Source: a virus (Duplodnaviria; Heunggongvirae; Uroviricota; Caudoviricetes). From it: DNA of 64,000 nt. The translations under genes and the position numbers were made by a program. Each line of letters begins with the position of its first letter. Positions within the stretch are counted from its first letter, which is position 1. A model generated the notes under the pieces. The model ran no database searches. It was not told where the DNA came from and saw only the letters and a list, made by a program, of their open reading frames with translations. The stretch spans positions 10,237-74,236 of the IMG/VR virus record IMGVR_UViG_2974644367_000001; one strand, written 5' to 3'. This document shows positions 29,829 through 38,659 of this stretch, in pieces.

Positions 29829-31089
29829 TTGATTCCTTTAAAATATTCAAGTAGCGGTCAAGAATCTGACCAACTTTATAAGTGTTTGACTTGTGAATTA
29901 GCTGCTTTTTAGTCTGAATATTATCAGTCTCTTTGATAGCCTCAACAACCTCTGGAGAGAGCTTTCTTGTTTGACTTACAATTTCAGCAAGCATGTTCAT
30001 CTGAAGGTACAAGACTTTCTGTAGTCTGGCGTTGGCATCAGAAATACATGTCATACAAAGAGCATTCACGATAGTTGGGTTATTGAACTCTTTATGTTCT
30101 TCTAACCATACCGCAAGTCTATTAGCGCGACGTACAAACATACCATGAACACGATGATGTTGTTCCGCACAGAACTTAGCAGCACTTCTGACATTCTTTG
30201 GAGCACCAATTCTGTCCAAGAAAGACTCCAAGTCCCGAATGTCAGACTCATGTCCGTGAAGATTTCCACGCTCCTTGAGAGTAATCCTCTTACCCATGTC
30301 GTGACATAAGATACACAGGGACTGCATGACCCGATTACTATTATCCCATCCATATTTAGGTAGCTCCACTTCTTCATAATGTTGTAATGCAAGAACGGTA
30401 TGGTTCAGAACGTCACCTTCAGGGTGATACTTCTTAGGCTGTCTTACGCCACGCATACCGGAGATTTCAGCGAACAAGTTGAACTTACCACAAAGACTTA
30501 CAAACTTCCAGAAGTTATCAGAAGATGCAGCCTTTTCAATCTCTTTCCAGATACGCTCCTTCGGAAGATGAGCAAGACAACCAGCCTCAACCATCTCACG
30601 GAAAAGAGCCTTAGTCTCTGGCTCAATGAACAGATTGTGACGTGCTGCAAAGCGTAGCCCTCTAAGGATTCGCAAAGGGTCTTCTTTGAAACGCTCTGCA
30701 TCAACCACACGAAGGATTCTGTTTGCCAAGTCATAGCGACTCATCGGGTGAGCACAAATCAACTCATCAGTGTTTGCACCACCCGCTCTTACAGGAGAAG
30801 CACAGGCATTGATAGTGAAGTCACGGCGAAGCAAATCTTCATCCAGTGTGACACCATTTGTATCAACTTCGAAGTCATTGTAACCTTCACCTGTAGAGCT
30901 TTCACGACGAGCCATAGCAATCTCTGTACCGTCATCGGTGATGAATACAGGGAAAGACTTACCAACCTTTTTCAGACCCAATGCAAGAAGCTGTTCTTCA
31001 GTAGCGTTCACAACCACGAAGTCATGGTCTGATGATTGCTTACCGAAAGCTGCATCCCTGATTGAACCACCTACTAAAAAGAAATCCAT
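29821..31089 (-). CDS. CCA-adding tRNA nucleotidyltransferase / poly(A) polymerase family with a C-terminal HD domain (start at MDFFLVGG; track ORF extends to 31173)
   Basis: The GGSIRD and DHDF head motifs and the HD motif LCHDMGK. A GAGG ribosome-binding site lies 7 nt before the ATG at 31089. Confidence 0.7.
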   Translation of the reverse strand: MDFFLVGGSIRDAAFGKQSSDHDFVVVNATEEQLLALGLKKVGKSFPVFITDDGTEIAMARRESSTGEGYNDFEVDTNGVTLDEDLLRRDFTINACASPVRAGGANTDELICAHPMSRYDLANRILRVVDAERFKEDPLRILRGLRFAARHNLFIEPETKALFREMVEAGCLAHLPKERIWKEIEKAASSDNFWKFVSLCGKFNLFAEISGMRGVRQPKKYHPEGDVLNHTVLALQHYEEVELPKYGWDNSNRVMQSLCILCHDMGKRITLKERGNLHGHESDIRDLESFLDRIGAPKNVRSAAKFCAEQHHRVHGMFVRRANRLAVWLEEHKEFNNPTIVNALCMTCISDANARLQKVLYLQMNMLAEIVSQTRKLSPEVVEAIKETDNIQTKKQLIHKSNTYKVGQILDRYLNILKESNA

Positions 31090-31096
31090 ATCAACC

Positions 31097-31447
31097 TCAC
31101 TCAAAAAGGATGCGCATGTCGTCTTTAGAGATTGCGAAGGTCGGGTAGATAGTCCCGTCAACTTCAATCTCAATCTCGATGAAGGTCAGACCGTGACGCT
31201 CACGGAACAGTGTGTTAGCGATTTCATCACGGGCTTCTTGTGATTTCTTACCAGAGGCCAACTTGAAGTTGGAGTAAGCTGAACCAACCTGCATGTAGCC
31301 ATTTTTACGAGTTGCCTTGTAGACAGGATGACCCTTACCTTCAAAGAACTTCAATAGGTTCTCACCCATCTTCTTTTCATTTGCAGTAGGTTTCCCGTAG
31401 AAACACATCGCATAGTTGTTATGGAAAATCACGTTTTCTTTCTTCAT
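31097..31447 (-). CDS. Hypothetical protein
   Basis: A 116 aa protein and the first gene after the minus-strand promoter. Confidence 0.45.
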   Translation of the reverse strand: MKKENVIFHNNYAMCFYGKPTANEKKMGENLLKFFEGKGHPVYKATRKNGYMQVGSAYSNFKLASGKKSQEARDEIANTLFRERHGLTFIEIEIEVDGTIYPTFAISKDDMRILFE

Positions 31448-31479
31448 CTTAAAGCCCTCTGTGTTGTTAATGTGTGTGT

Positions 31480-31508
31480 AATTTAACAGTAATGGATTCT
31501 AAGGTCAA
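31480..31508 (-). promoter_or_regulatory. Sigma70-like promoter, minus strand (TTGACC-N17-TAAATT)
   Basis: Read on the reverse complement; it lies 25 nt upstream of the start at 31447. Confidence 0.4.
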
Positions 31509-31521
31509 GAAAAATATGCAA

Positions 31522-31546
31522 TAAAAAAGGACTCCGAAGAGTCCCT
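31522..31546 (-). terminator. Intrinsic terminator (UUCG hairpin family), minus strand
   Basis: AAAAAAGGACTCCGAAGAGTCCC on the + strand. Confidence 0.65.
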
Positions 31547-31553
31547 CTGTAAG

Positions 31554-32429
31554 TTACTGATTTTGTTGCTTAATCAGGGCTGACATGTCAATAATCTGAC
31601 CTTGAGATTGACCCTGTACCAGTGGCAGATTACCAGACCACTTCTCAACCAGACGAAGTTGAATAACTGTTGGGTTCTGACGGAGAGCTTCACCCTGAAT
31701 ACGGATGGCTTCTGCTTCACCTTGAGCTTTCAGGATTGCAGCGTCTTTCTCACCCTGAGCCGCATTCTTACGAGCATCAGCAGTTTGTACCGCTGTCAGT
31801 GCAGCCTGTTTCTGGCGCTCTGTATGTTGCTGTTCAGAAATCTTCTGGTTCATTGATTCAACAACCGCTTTAGGTGGCAGAGGGCTACTTGTAAAGTAGA
31901 TGTTCTCAATGATGATGCCGTAACCTGCAACCTGATTTGCAACATCGGCTTTGACATCAATCAGAAGCTGAGTCTTACCGGAGCCATACAGTTCTTCAAC
32001 ACTCAACTTAGAAGCATGACGGATAAATGCGTCACGAATCATGTTGTGCAGGTAGTTGTCTGTAATCTCATCAATACCCTGACGGTATTTCTGGAACAGG
32101 TCAACAGCCTTGTTAGGGTCTACATGGTAAGCCAGACCAACGTTAACTGTCCACTCATCACCACCCTCTGAAGGTTGGATTTTGAAAGCCTGAGAGCCAG
32201 ACCATTCTTTGTTCTGAGTAGTTGTTGGGAACAGATACAGGTCATGACCCCAAGCAGTGAATTTCCAGCCAAGACCGACACGCTGGATAGCGTCTTTATC
32301 GGTATCTGAACCAGTCGTCTTCACGTACACACCGACATTGCCGGGAGTGACCTTGTTACAAGCGGTTAGTGACGTTGCACCGATAACCATTGCAGCAGCG
32401 ATTACGATATTCTTGATTAGCTTCTTCAT
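31554..32429 (-). CDS. SPFH/band-7 (prohibitin/flotillin/HflKC-like) lipoprotein
   Basis: A signal peptide with the lipobox SLTAC. The C-terminus carries an Ala/Glu-rich AEAIRIQGEA band-7 coiled-coil signature. Confidence 0.65.
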   Translation of the reverse strand: MKKLIKNIVIAAAMVIGATSLTACNKVTPGNVGVYVKTTGSDTDKDAIQRVGLGWKFTAWGHDLYLFPTTTQNKEWSGSQAFKIQPSEGGDEWTVNVGLAYHVDPNKAVDLFQKYRQGIDEITDNYLHNMIRDAFIRHASKLSVEELYGSGKTQLLIDVKADVANQVAGYGIIIENIYFTSSPLPPKAVVESMNQKISEQQHTERQKQAALTAVQTADARKNAAQGEKDAAILKAQGEAEAIRIQGEALRQNPTVIQLRLVEKWSGNLPLVQGQSQGQIIDMSALIKQQNQ

Positions 32430-32431
32430 TT

Positions 32432-32674
32432 TTACAGTTTCCTTTTAGAGGCGATTTCGCCAAGTCGTACCATGTTCTCTTCCATCTTTTCAATGGCAGG
32501 TTCAATGGCAACCATTAAGTTATGCAACTCTACGAGAGTCTTCAAACCATCTGACACTTTACCAGTGTTGATGTCCTGTATCGCGTCGAGTAGGTGTATC
32601 TTAATGTTGCTGGTCAGGGATGTCAACGCTTTTTCTTTCATTTCTTGACTCATTTTTATAATACTCAATATCAA
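32432..32674 (-). CDS. Hypothetical small protein (start uncertain; overlaps the next ORF)
   Basis: ORF only. Confidence 0.3.
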   Translation of the reverse strand: MILSIIKMSQEMKEKALTSLTSNIKIHLLDAIQDINTGKVSDGLKTLVELHNLMVAIEPAIEKMEENMVRLGEIASKRKL

Positions 32675-32864
32675 TCAGTTCATGAATAACACCTTTGATG
32701 GTTCCCTTCAAGAAAACCTTCTCAGATGCTGGCAAAGTTGCGTTATCAATCAACGAGTTAAGACGTGCATAGAGTTTCTTTCTACGATTCTTAATCGTTG
32801 ATTCACTCGCATTCCTTTGTGTTGCTGCATGGTTTCTTCCACGATGAGTCATGACTTTTTCCAC
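32601..32864 (-). CDS. Hypothetical small basic protein
   Basis: ORF only. It overlaps the 32432 ORF out of frame. Confidence 0.3.
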   Translation of the reverse strand: MEKVMTHRGRNHAATQRNASESTIKNRRKKLYARLNSLIDNATLPASEKVFLKGTIKGVIHELIDIEYYKNESRNERKSVDIPDQQH

Positions 32865-33055
32865 ACGTCTTTTGTGACTTTGTACATGTTATAAGAAAAC
32901 AGCCCTAGTAAGGCAATCAGGAAAAGCCCAACAAAGAACTCTGCTGTATAAACACGTGACATGAAGTCTGGTAAGTCAGTCACAACCAGAGTCCACAGCC
33001 AAAGGATAAAGAGCCAGATAGCCCCGATAATAAACTTAAAGATAGTCTTCATCAT
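32849..33055 (-). CDS. Small membrane protein (2 TM)
   Basis: Hydrophobic profile. Confidence 0.4.
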   Translation of the reverse strand: MMKTIFKFIIGAIWLFILWLWTLVVTDLPDFMSRVYTAEFFVGLFLIALLGLFSYNMYKVTKDVWKKS

Positions 33056-33380
33056 TGTCAGATTCCTCTAAAAGGTGTAGTGGGTGATAACCTCGAATAT
33101 CATCACCAATGTTGTGATTCATCTCTGCGATACTTTTCTCAGAGAATCCATCAAGAATATTGAAGTCCTGACGACGAAGCACTTTGGATTTACCTGCCTC
33201 AAAATAGACACGTTTACCCATCATACGACGAAACAGTTCTTCATTGATTATAAAGATTGAGTCATGACCGAAGCAGTCCCATGAAACGACAATATCACGT
33301 GCCATTTCAACGTCACTCGGTACATCATCAGGGTCAATCACACTGTTCATCATTTTGCCATTAGTTGTGCTCTGAAACAA
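33036..33380 (-). CDS. Hypothetical acidic protein
   Basis: ORF in the operon. Confidence 0.4.
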   Translation of the reverse strand: MFQSTTNGKMMNSVIDPDDVPSDVEMARDIVVSWDCFGHDSIFIINEELFRRMMGKRVYFEAGKSKVLRRQDFNILDGFSEKSIAEMNHNIGDDIRGYHPLHLLEESDNDEDYL

Positions 33381-33658
33381 CGGTTCTCATCAGCGAAGTT
33401 CCAGAATCGGTCTTTACAGTTAACCTTACCATGAGTCTTAGCATTTGAGCAAAAGATTTTATGGTAAGTCCTTTTCACAATGAGTTTACCACAGAAAGGG
33501 CAAGAGATGGTAGCGCCAGTTTCAGCCGTCTTAGCACGGTTATAGCGCACCTTCATCTTGTTTCTGGTTCGTTCGGTATCTTCCCAACGTTCTTGCCTTT
33601 CTTCCTCAGCAATCTCATCAGCATAATCCCAAACTTCATCATCCATCCCGTAACCCAT
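33350..33658 (-). CDS. Zinc-ribbon protein
   Basis: CPFCG ... CSNAKTHGKVNC cysteine pairs. Confidence 0.45.
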   Translation of the reverse strand: MGYGMDDEVWDYADEIAEEERQERWEDTERTRNKMKVRYNRAKTAETGATISCPFCGKLIVKRTYHKIFCSNAKTHGKVNCKDRFWNFADENRCFRAQLMAK

Positions 33659-33659
33659 A

Positions 33660-33914
33660 TCACAGACCCCTTTTCATCTCAGCTAAAGCCATTCGACCCT
33701 GTGGAGTCTTTAATAGTTCGGCTTCATCTGTTTCATCAAACTCTTGGGATTTCATGAAGGAATCATACTCAGAATCAGAGATTAGAATCCAGCGATAATC
33801 ATCACTCTTCCAAGTGTATTCTTCCAGTTCTGACCGGAAGCACCATGAGTCATCAGGCCAGACCACAATATCATCTGGACTCAAGGGTTGAAACATAGCA
33901 TTTTTCCGTTCCAT
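33660..33914 (-). CDS. Hypothetical protein
   Basis: ORF in the operon. Confidence 0.4.
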   Translation of the reverse strand: MERKNAMFQPLSPDDIVVWPDDSWCFRSELEEYTWKSDDYRWILISDSEYDSFMKSQEFDETDEAELLKTPQGRMALAEMKRGL

Positions 33915-34147
33915 TGAACGACCTCCATAAATTGCATTTCATCCATAGCCAGAGCGATAGTACCCTCAAGAGTCTCAACACTCGTTCTGACCATATCTAC
34001 ACCACCATGCTTCTCAAGACAAATCAACTTGAAAGATGGTTTTGCACAGAGAATTGCTGCCATACGGATTGCCATACGACCAGCATTTTTATTGTGACGG
34101 ATAAAACCTTCACGGTCTTTTACCCTAACTTCAAAAATCTTTTCCAT
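33881..34147 (-). CDS. Hypothetical protein (first gene of the leftward small-gene operon)
   Basis: GAGG ribosome-binding site. A promoter lies just upstream. Confidence 0.4.
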   Translation of the reverse strand: MEKIFEVRVKDREGFIRHNKNAGRMAIRMAAILCAKPSFKLICLEKHGGVDMVRTSVETLEGTIALAMDEMQFMEVVQWNGKMLCFNP

Positions 34148-34167
34148 CGGCTACCTCTTTGTGTGTG

Positions 34168-34196
34168 AAGATACACATCCTTGTGCATCATGTCAA
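34168..34196 (-). promoter_or_regulatory. Sigma70-like promoter, minus strand (TTGACA-N17-TATCTT)
   Basis: Read on the reverse complement; it lies 13 nt upstream of the start at 34147. Confidence 0.45.
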
Positions 34197-34199
34197 CTG

Positions 34200-36890
34200 T
34201 TAGTGAACATCCAACCAGTTTTTACCAACTTTACCAGTACCTGTTACCAGTGTGTCCGGTAAGAGTTTCAGAGCTTTAGATGCTGTACCGTACATTGCAT
34301 CAATAACCTCTTTAGCCTCATGAATCATCTCGTTAGGAACTTCCCAAGAGTTTTCATCGTGGTATGCGCAAAGCAGTCTTGCACCGATAGCTGGCTTACG
34401 ACCATTCAGTTTCATCAAGCCCTTGTCAAGCATCTGACGACAAGCCCAATTCACTGCCTCATTTTGAACCTGAGCTTCGGAACCCATCAAAAGATAGTTC
34501 AGAATCTTATGAGGGCTGTTACACCACAGATAAGCACCTGCAACACTGATAAAGCCACCTTTACAGATTGGGTGAGTTTTACCAAACACCTGACCAAGAG
34601 CTTTCTTAGTAGCCTTGAACTCATCTTCAAGACGGTCAAGCAGAGCCTTAATCTTAGGGAGGCGTGTGAAGTATGTCTGTTTGATTCGAGCACCTTCATC
34701 TGTAGTCTTCACTTTGATGGTCTTAGCAAACTTCTCATCACCACCACCGAACAGCAGACAGTAGATACCGTTCTTCGCTTTCTTACGACCGTTGCTAATC
34801 TTATGAATCAGGTCTTCATCCTGCGTTGCACGTGCAGTGATAATATCTGACTCTTCATTCAGGGTAAACTGAATTGAGTTAAACGAGTGAGCATCAGTAC
34901 CAGTGTAGACAACGTACAAGTCGTTCTCTTCATCATAGTTCAGGTATTTGTCAATCGTCGGGTCAAGGTACTTGTCCAGTTTAGAACAGTAGTAACGACC
35001 ATCTTCTGTACGCTTGAACTCCACATCCTCTTTACCTTTCGTTACAGCGTAGGTGAAGTCAGGGTCTCCCATGAAGTTACAAAGCAGCACAAGCTGTGCA
35101 GAGTTCATATCTACAGAGATAACGCTTGTACCCTCTTCACAGCCCCACACTTCACGCATCTGAGCGCCATACACCGCAGCAGATGAAGGTGTGTTTACGA
35201 TGCCCCACTGAGTCATACGACCAGTAGATGTCCCGAAGACTGTAGCACCTGCACTCATACGCCCATCAGCACGAACCATGTTCAGCCAACCCTTCTCATC
35301 ATGTTTAGGGTTTTCGAGTGTACGGCGACGATGCTGTAACGTGTTGTACTTCGCAATGCTCTGTCCAAGTGAACCGTTGATGGTGTCGTATGAACTTTCA
35401 GTCAGCTTAGGAGAAGTGCGTAAACGTGCATTATCCCATTCTGGCATAGAGCGGCGAAGTGTGTAAGTGTACATCAGATACTTGATACCGTCATGCTCAA
35501 TCACATCAAGACCAAATTCATCTTTCCACTTACGGGTGAACTTGTTCAGTCGGATAAGACGACCAGATTGTTTATCACGACAAATCTTAGCATCTTTACC
35601 GTCCTTATCTTTCTTGTAGTTGTAGTCATCAGGAACCCAACCACACTTGTTCAGAAGATAACCCTTCACTACGTCATGTTGTGACATGGTTGACTTCTCA
35701 AAGCTGATTCGTGTATGAGGTGCAGCAATCACACCATCGTAACGGTTAGACTCAAGCCCGAAGTGGTTCACAGTATGCGTGTCATACTCAAGACCTTCTG
35801 ACTCACGCTTCAGAGCTTTCCACTGACAATCTTTTGGTTTAGCTGTGCCGTTCAACTCTTTACAAGCATCACGTGCTTCTTTCAGACTGCCAAAGATGGT
35901 CTTCACAACTTCACCTGTTACAACGTTCTCAACAGAGTAAGTCTTGATAACCTTCTTATTGGTTGAACTGAAGGTAGGTTTAGCCAACGGTTTAATCTCA
36001 ACACGTTTAGTCTCACCCTTACGCTTCATCATCCGATACTTCGTTGGCGGGTACTGTGTAATCTTACGAACAGATTCATCACCTAACTCATCGGCATACG
36101 CTGACCAACCTTTAGCAAAGTCCTCATAAGTGACTTTACCTTTGTTCTTGATAGTTGGTGGTAGGTTTGGCTCGATGGTTTCAGCCAACTCTGTAATAGT
36201 TACATCAAGTTCATCAGCATACTTTCGCATCAGTTCAACATTTGCTTTCCAGCCGTTGATACCCTGTTGACCCATCCAGAAAGATGTTTGTTTGGCACGT
36301 TCATAGGTTTCTGTAGTGTCTACACCACACTCCTTGAGCATACGCTTTTCTTTATCAAGCATACGTTTGGTACGGGCGTTGATTCGAATATCTTCAACGA
36401 CACGTGTAAGCATCCGTCCATCCCAAGTTGTCCAATCCTCAATCTCAGGTTTATGAACACCACAACGAGCACCCCATGCAGCCAGACCATGAGCACCCTT
36501 ATAACCACGTGGAGTCGGACGGTCATGCCACTGAACACGCGACTGTACAAGGGAGTCTTGCCATTTGGCATCCCAAGGTTTTGCAGTGTTAATGTTGAAC
36601 AGGTCAGGTGCAATATGGTTGAACACCCACCAGTCATATTGACAGAGGTTATGAATAACAACTTCTGCACAACGGTTCATCATGAACTCAATACCCTCAC
36701 GAAGACCACCTTTGATGTACTTAGTGTACGGGTGTCCAATCGGTACAGGTTTATCAGTGAATACAAAGATTTGGTCATCAGTCTTAGACTTGTACTCACA
36801 GAACGCCATAACGTGAACGTCATCAAACTCCATTAACAGGCCGTTTGTTTCCGAGTCACCCACAACGTGTAACAATTCTTGCTCAGGCAT
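34200..36890 (-). CDS. DNA polymerase, family A (T7 gp5-like, with 3'-5' exonuclease; start at MPEQELL; track ORF extends to 36941)
   Basis: Exo motif DSETNGL, motif B RKKAKNGIYCLLFGG and motif C YHDE. AGGAG ribosome-binding site. Confidence 0.9.
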   Translation of the reverse strand: MPEQELLHVVGDSETNGLLMEFDDVHVMAFCEYKSKTDDQIFVFTDKPVPIGHPYTKYIKGGLREGIEFMMNRCAEVVIHNLCQYDWWVFNHIAPDLFNINTAKPWDAKWQDSLVQSRVQWHDRPTPRGYKGAHGLAAWGARCGVHKPEIEDWTTWDGRMLTRVVEDIRINARTKRMLDKEKRMLKECGVDTTETYERAKQTSFWMGQQGINGWKANVELMRKYADELDVTITELAETIEPNLPPTIKNKGKVTYEDFAKGWSAYADELGDESVRKITQYPPTKYRMMKRKGETKRVEIKPLAKPTFSSTNKKVIKTYSVENVVTGEVVKTIFGSLKEARDACKELNGTAKPKDCQWKALKRESEGLEYDTHTVNHFGLESNRYDGVIAAPHTRISFEKSTMSQHDVVKGYLLNKCGWVPDDYNYKKDKDGKDAKICRDKQSGRLIRLNKFTRKWKDEFGLDVIEHDGIKYLMYTYTLRRSMPEWDNARLRTSPKLTESSYDTINGSLGQSIAKYNTLQHRRRTLENPKHDEKGWLNMVRADGRMSAGATVFGTSTGRMTQWGIVNTPSSAAVYGAQMREVWGCEEGTSVISVDMNSAQLVLLCNFMGDPDFTYAVTKGKEDVEFKRTEDGRYYCSKLDKYLDPTIDKYLNYDEENDLYVVYTGTDAHSFNSIQFTLNEESDIITARATQDEDLIHKISNGRKKAKNGIYCLLFGGGDEKFAKTIKVKTTDEGARIKQTYFTRLPKIKALLDRLEDEFKATKKALGQVFGKTHPICKGGFISVAGAYLWCNSPHKILNYLLMGSEAQVQNEAVNWACRQMLDKGLMKLNGRKPAIGARLLCAYHDENSWEVPNEMIHEAKEVIDAMYGTASKALKLLPDTLVTGTGKVGKNWLDVH

Positions 36891-36928
36891 TTTCAACTCC
36901 TTATTTAGATACGAGCATGATACATGGT

Positions 36929-37405
36929 TTACCCATGACAAGCAAACTCACCGTGCAACTCTTCACGACGAGTTCTTACAGCCGCCTCAGCAGCCCTCTT
37001 AGACGCATGGTAGCCACAGCCATAGGTTTTCCCGAAGACACACACTCTGGCTCTCCAGCGGCCTGTACGTTCATCGTAACAGACACCCTTCACACCAGAC
37101 TTGCTATCCGACCGCAGAGAAGTGTTCCAGCTATTCATAGCGTGTGTAGCCTCTCTAAGATTCTTCCAGCGGTTGTCATACCTCTTGTGGTTCTTATGGT
37201 CAATTATCTTAATCGGGTATTCACCAGTGACATAGTACCAAGCCAGTAAGTGTGCGCGGTAAGTTTTACTGTTCACCTTAATCTGGATGTAACCCGACTT
37301 AGATAAATGTCCAGCAACCTCACCGGAATCTTTCCAAATGAATTCACCAGTTGTCTTTCGGTATTTCAATAAACTTCTTAATTCTGAATGAGTTAATTCA
37401 CACAT
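36929..37405 (-). CDS. HNH homing endonuclease with an AP2 DNA-binding domain
   Basis: HNH core IDHKNHKRYDNRWKNL and AP2-like SGVKGVCYDERTGRWRARV. It is free-standing between the promoter and the polymerase gene. Confidence 0.7.
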   Translation of the reverse strand: MCELTHSELRSLLKYRKTTGEFIWKDSGEVAGHLSKSGYIQIKVNSKTYRAHLLAWYYVTGEYPIKIIDHKNHKRYDNRWKNLREATHAMNSWNTSLRSDSKSGVKGVCYDERTGRWRARVCVFGKTYGCGYHASKRAAEAAVRTRREELHGEFACHG

Positions 37406-37644
37406 GCCCCTATCCTCTGATTAATAACACACCCATCATATCACAAGTGTATGGTGAAATACAACTTGACATGGCTAAAAATTAGCTGTACATTCTTTTT
37501 GCCGTTCCTCTTAACAGATTCTTTAAAGTAAACTTCTTTAGAAAACAATAAGTAACAATTAGATATAATAAGAGTCTTTATAGATTGACTTTAAAGATGC
37601 CGATATGGTAAGATTAGCTATTGGTTAATTTACGGTGTAAGGCT
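37406..37644. promoter_or_regulatory. AT-rich divergent promoter region and candidate replication origin
   Basis: Leftward extended -10 promoter (TGaTATGAT on the reverse complement, -10 at 37435..37440). Rightward promoters are TTGACA 37467 and TTGACT 37585 with TGGTAAGAT. There are four CTTTA[AT]AG-like repeats. Confidence 0.45.
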
Positions 37645-38052
37645 ATGAACAAATTAAATATTCATCCAGTCTTCCAAAACTTTATCGAAAGTCTGGAAGC
37701 TGTTTTAGCTCTGGAAAAAGAATCTCAAAAGGCTTATTCACATAGCCATGCTCGTATGGTCGATGTCCAGCATGAGATTGAATTGTCAGAGGACTATGAA
37801 GATGTCTTGAAAGTTTTGGTCTTCGACCAGATGAAAGAAATCTCTAAAGAGCGTAGACGCCACAAAGATACCTTGCTCATCATGGATATGTTGCGTAAGA
37901 TGCTTCGTACAGGTATCGAGGTAGAAGACCTTTCCAGATTCTTAGAAGAATCCGGTAAAGAGTGGAGTCGCCACTATACCCCACGTGCTGAGAAGTCTTT
38001 GAACTTTCAGTCTCCTGAAAAATTAAGAGAGAGTCGTATCAACCATGACTAA
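37645..38052 (+). CDS. Early hypothetical protein (track start is TTG at 37621)
   Basis: First ORF after the early promoter. Confidence 0.5.
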   Translation: MNKLNIHPVFQNFIESLEAVLALEKESQKAYSHSHARMVDVQHEIELSEDYEDVLKVLVFDQMKEISKERRRHKDTLLIMDMLRKMLRTGIEVEDLSRFLEESGKEWSRHYTPRAEKSLNFQSPEKLRESRINHD

Positions 38053-38659
38053 ATTGAGAAACCCTTTACTGATTCCCTGTCTGATATTGAGTCAGATGGA
38101 TGTCTTGCAAGAAGCTAATGAAATGTTGGAGTTACCGCCACTGTCTAAGCCGAACAGATACTTAGATTACTTCATAGACCCCTCGAAAGGGTTGCGCTAT
38201 TTCATGGCCTGTATGTATGGGATGACTGAATCAATCCGTACAGATGATAAGGAACAGTTCTGGAAAGAGTTTGCAAAGGTGATGAAGTCGCCAGCCTCTT
38301 ATGATGTTCCTGATGTCAAAACTCTTAATGGTCTGATTGAAGAGTCCATGAAAGATTTCTTTGACATTGCACCTAAAATTATTGGTGATTCCCCTGCAAA
38401 GGCTTTCACTGAAACGTGGTTCGATTCAGAGTCTGCCCCTGATTCTTACGTGACTAAAGCGTATACTATTGAGAGGATTACACCTTTCTTATTCACTGCG
38501 ATTTATTGGTTGACAGACACTTCAGAGTCGCGTAGTCTTAGTGACTATCAAGAGGCAGTCGGAAAATCTGACTTACTCGATAAGATTTACACCAATATGG
38601 AAAACTCAAAAGGGTTCTCCTTAAAATACATCCAGAAAAAGGAAAAGTCTCATGACTAA
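38045..38659 (+). CDS. Early hypothetical protein
   Basis: ORF coupled by an overlapping start. Confidence 0.5.
   Translation: MTKLRNPLLIPCLILSQMDVLQEANEMLELPPLSKPNRYLDYFIDPSKGLRYFMACMYGMTESIRTDDKEQFWKEFAKVMKSPASYDVPDVKTLNGLIEESMKDFFDIAPKIIGDSPAKAFTETWFDSESAPDSYVTKAYTIERITPFLFTAIYWLTDTSESRSLSDYQEAVGKSDLLDKIYTNMENSKGFSLKYIQKKEKSHD

Noticed and set aside
37406-37644. tRNA or other structured RNA genes in the larger intergenic regions (25741..25851, 37406..37644, 50946..51075, 63209..63288).
   Set aside because: The sequences are AT-rich without cloverleaf-compatible GC stems. They are better explained as promoters and terminators.
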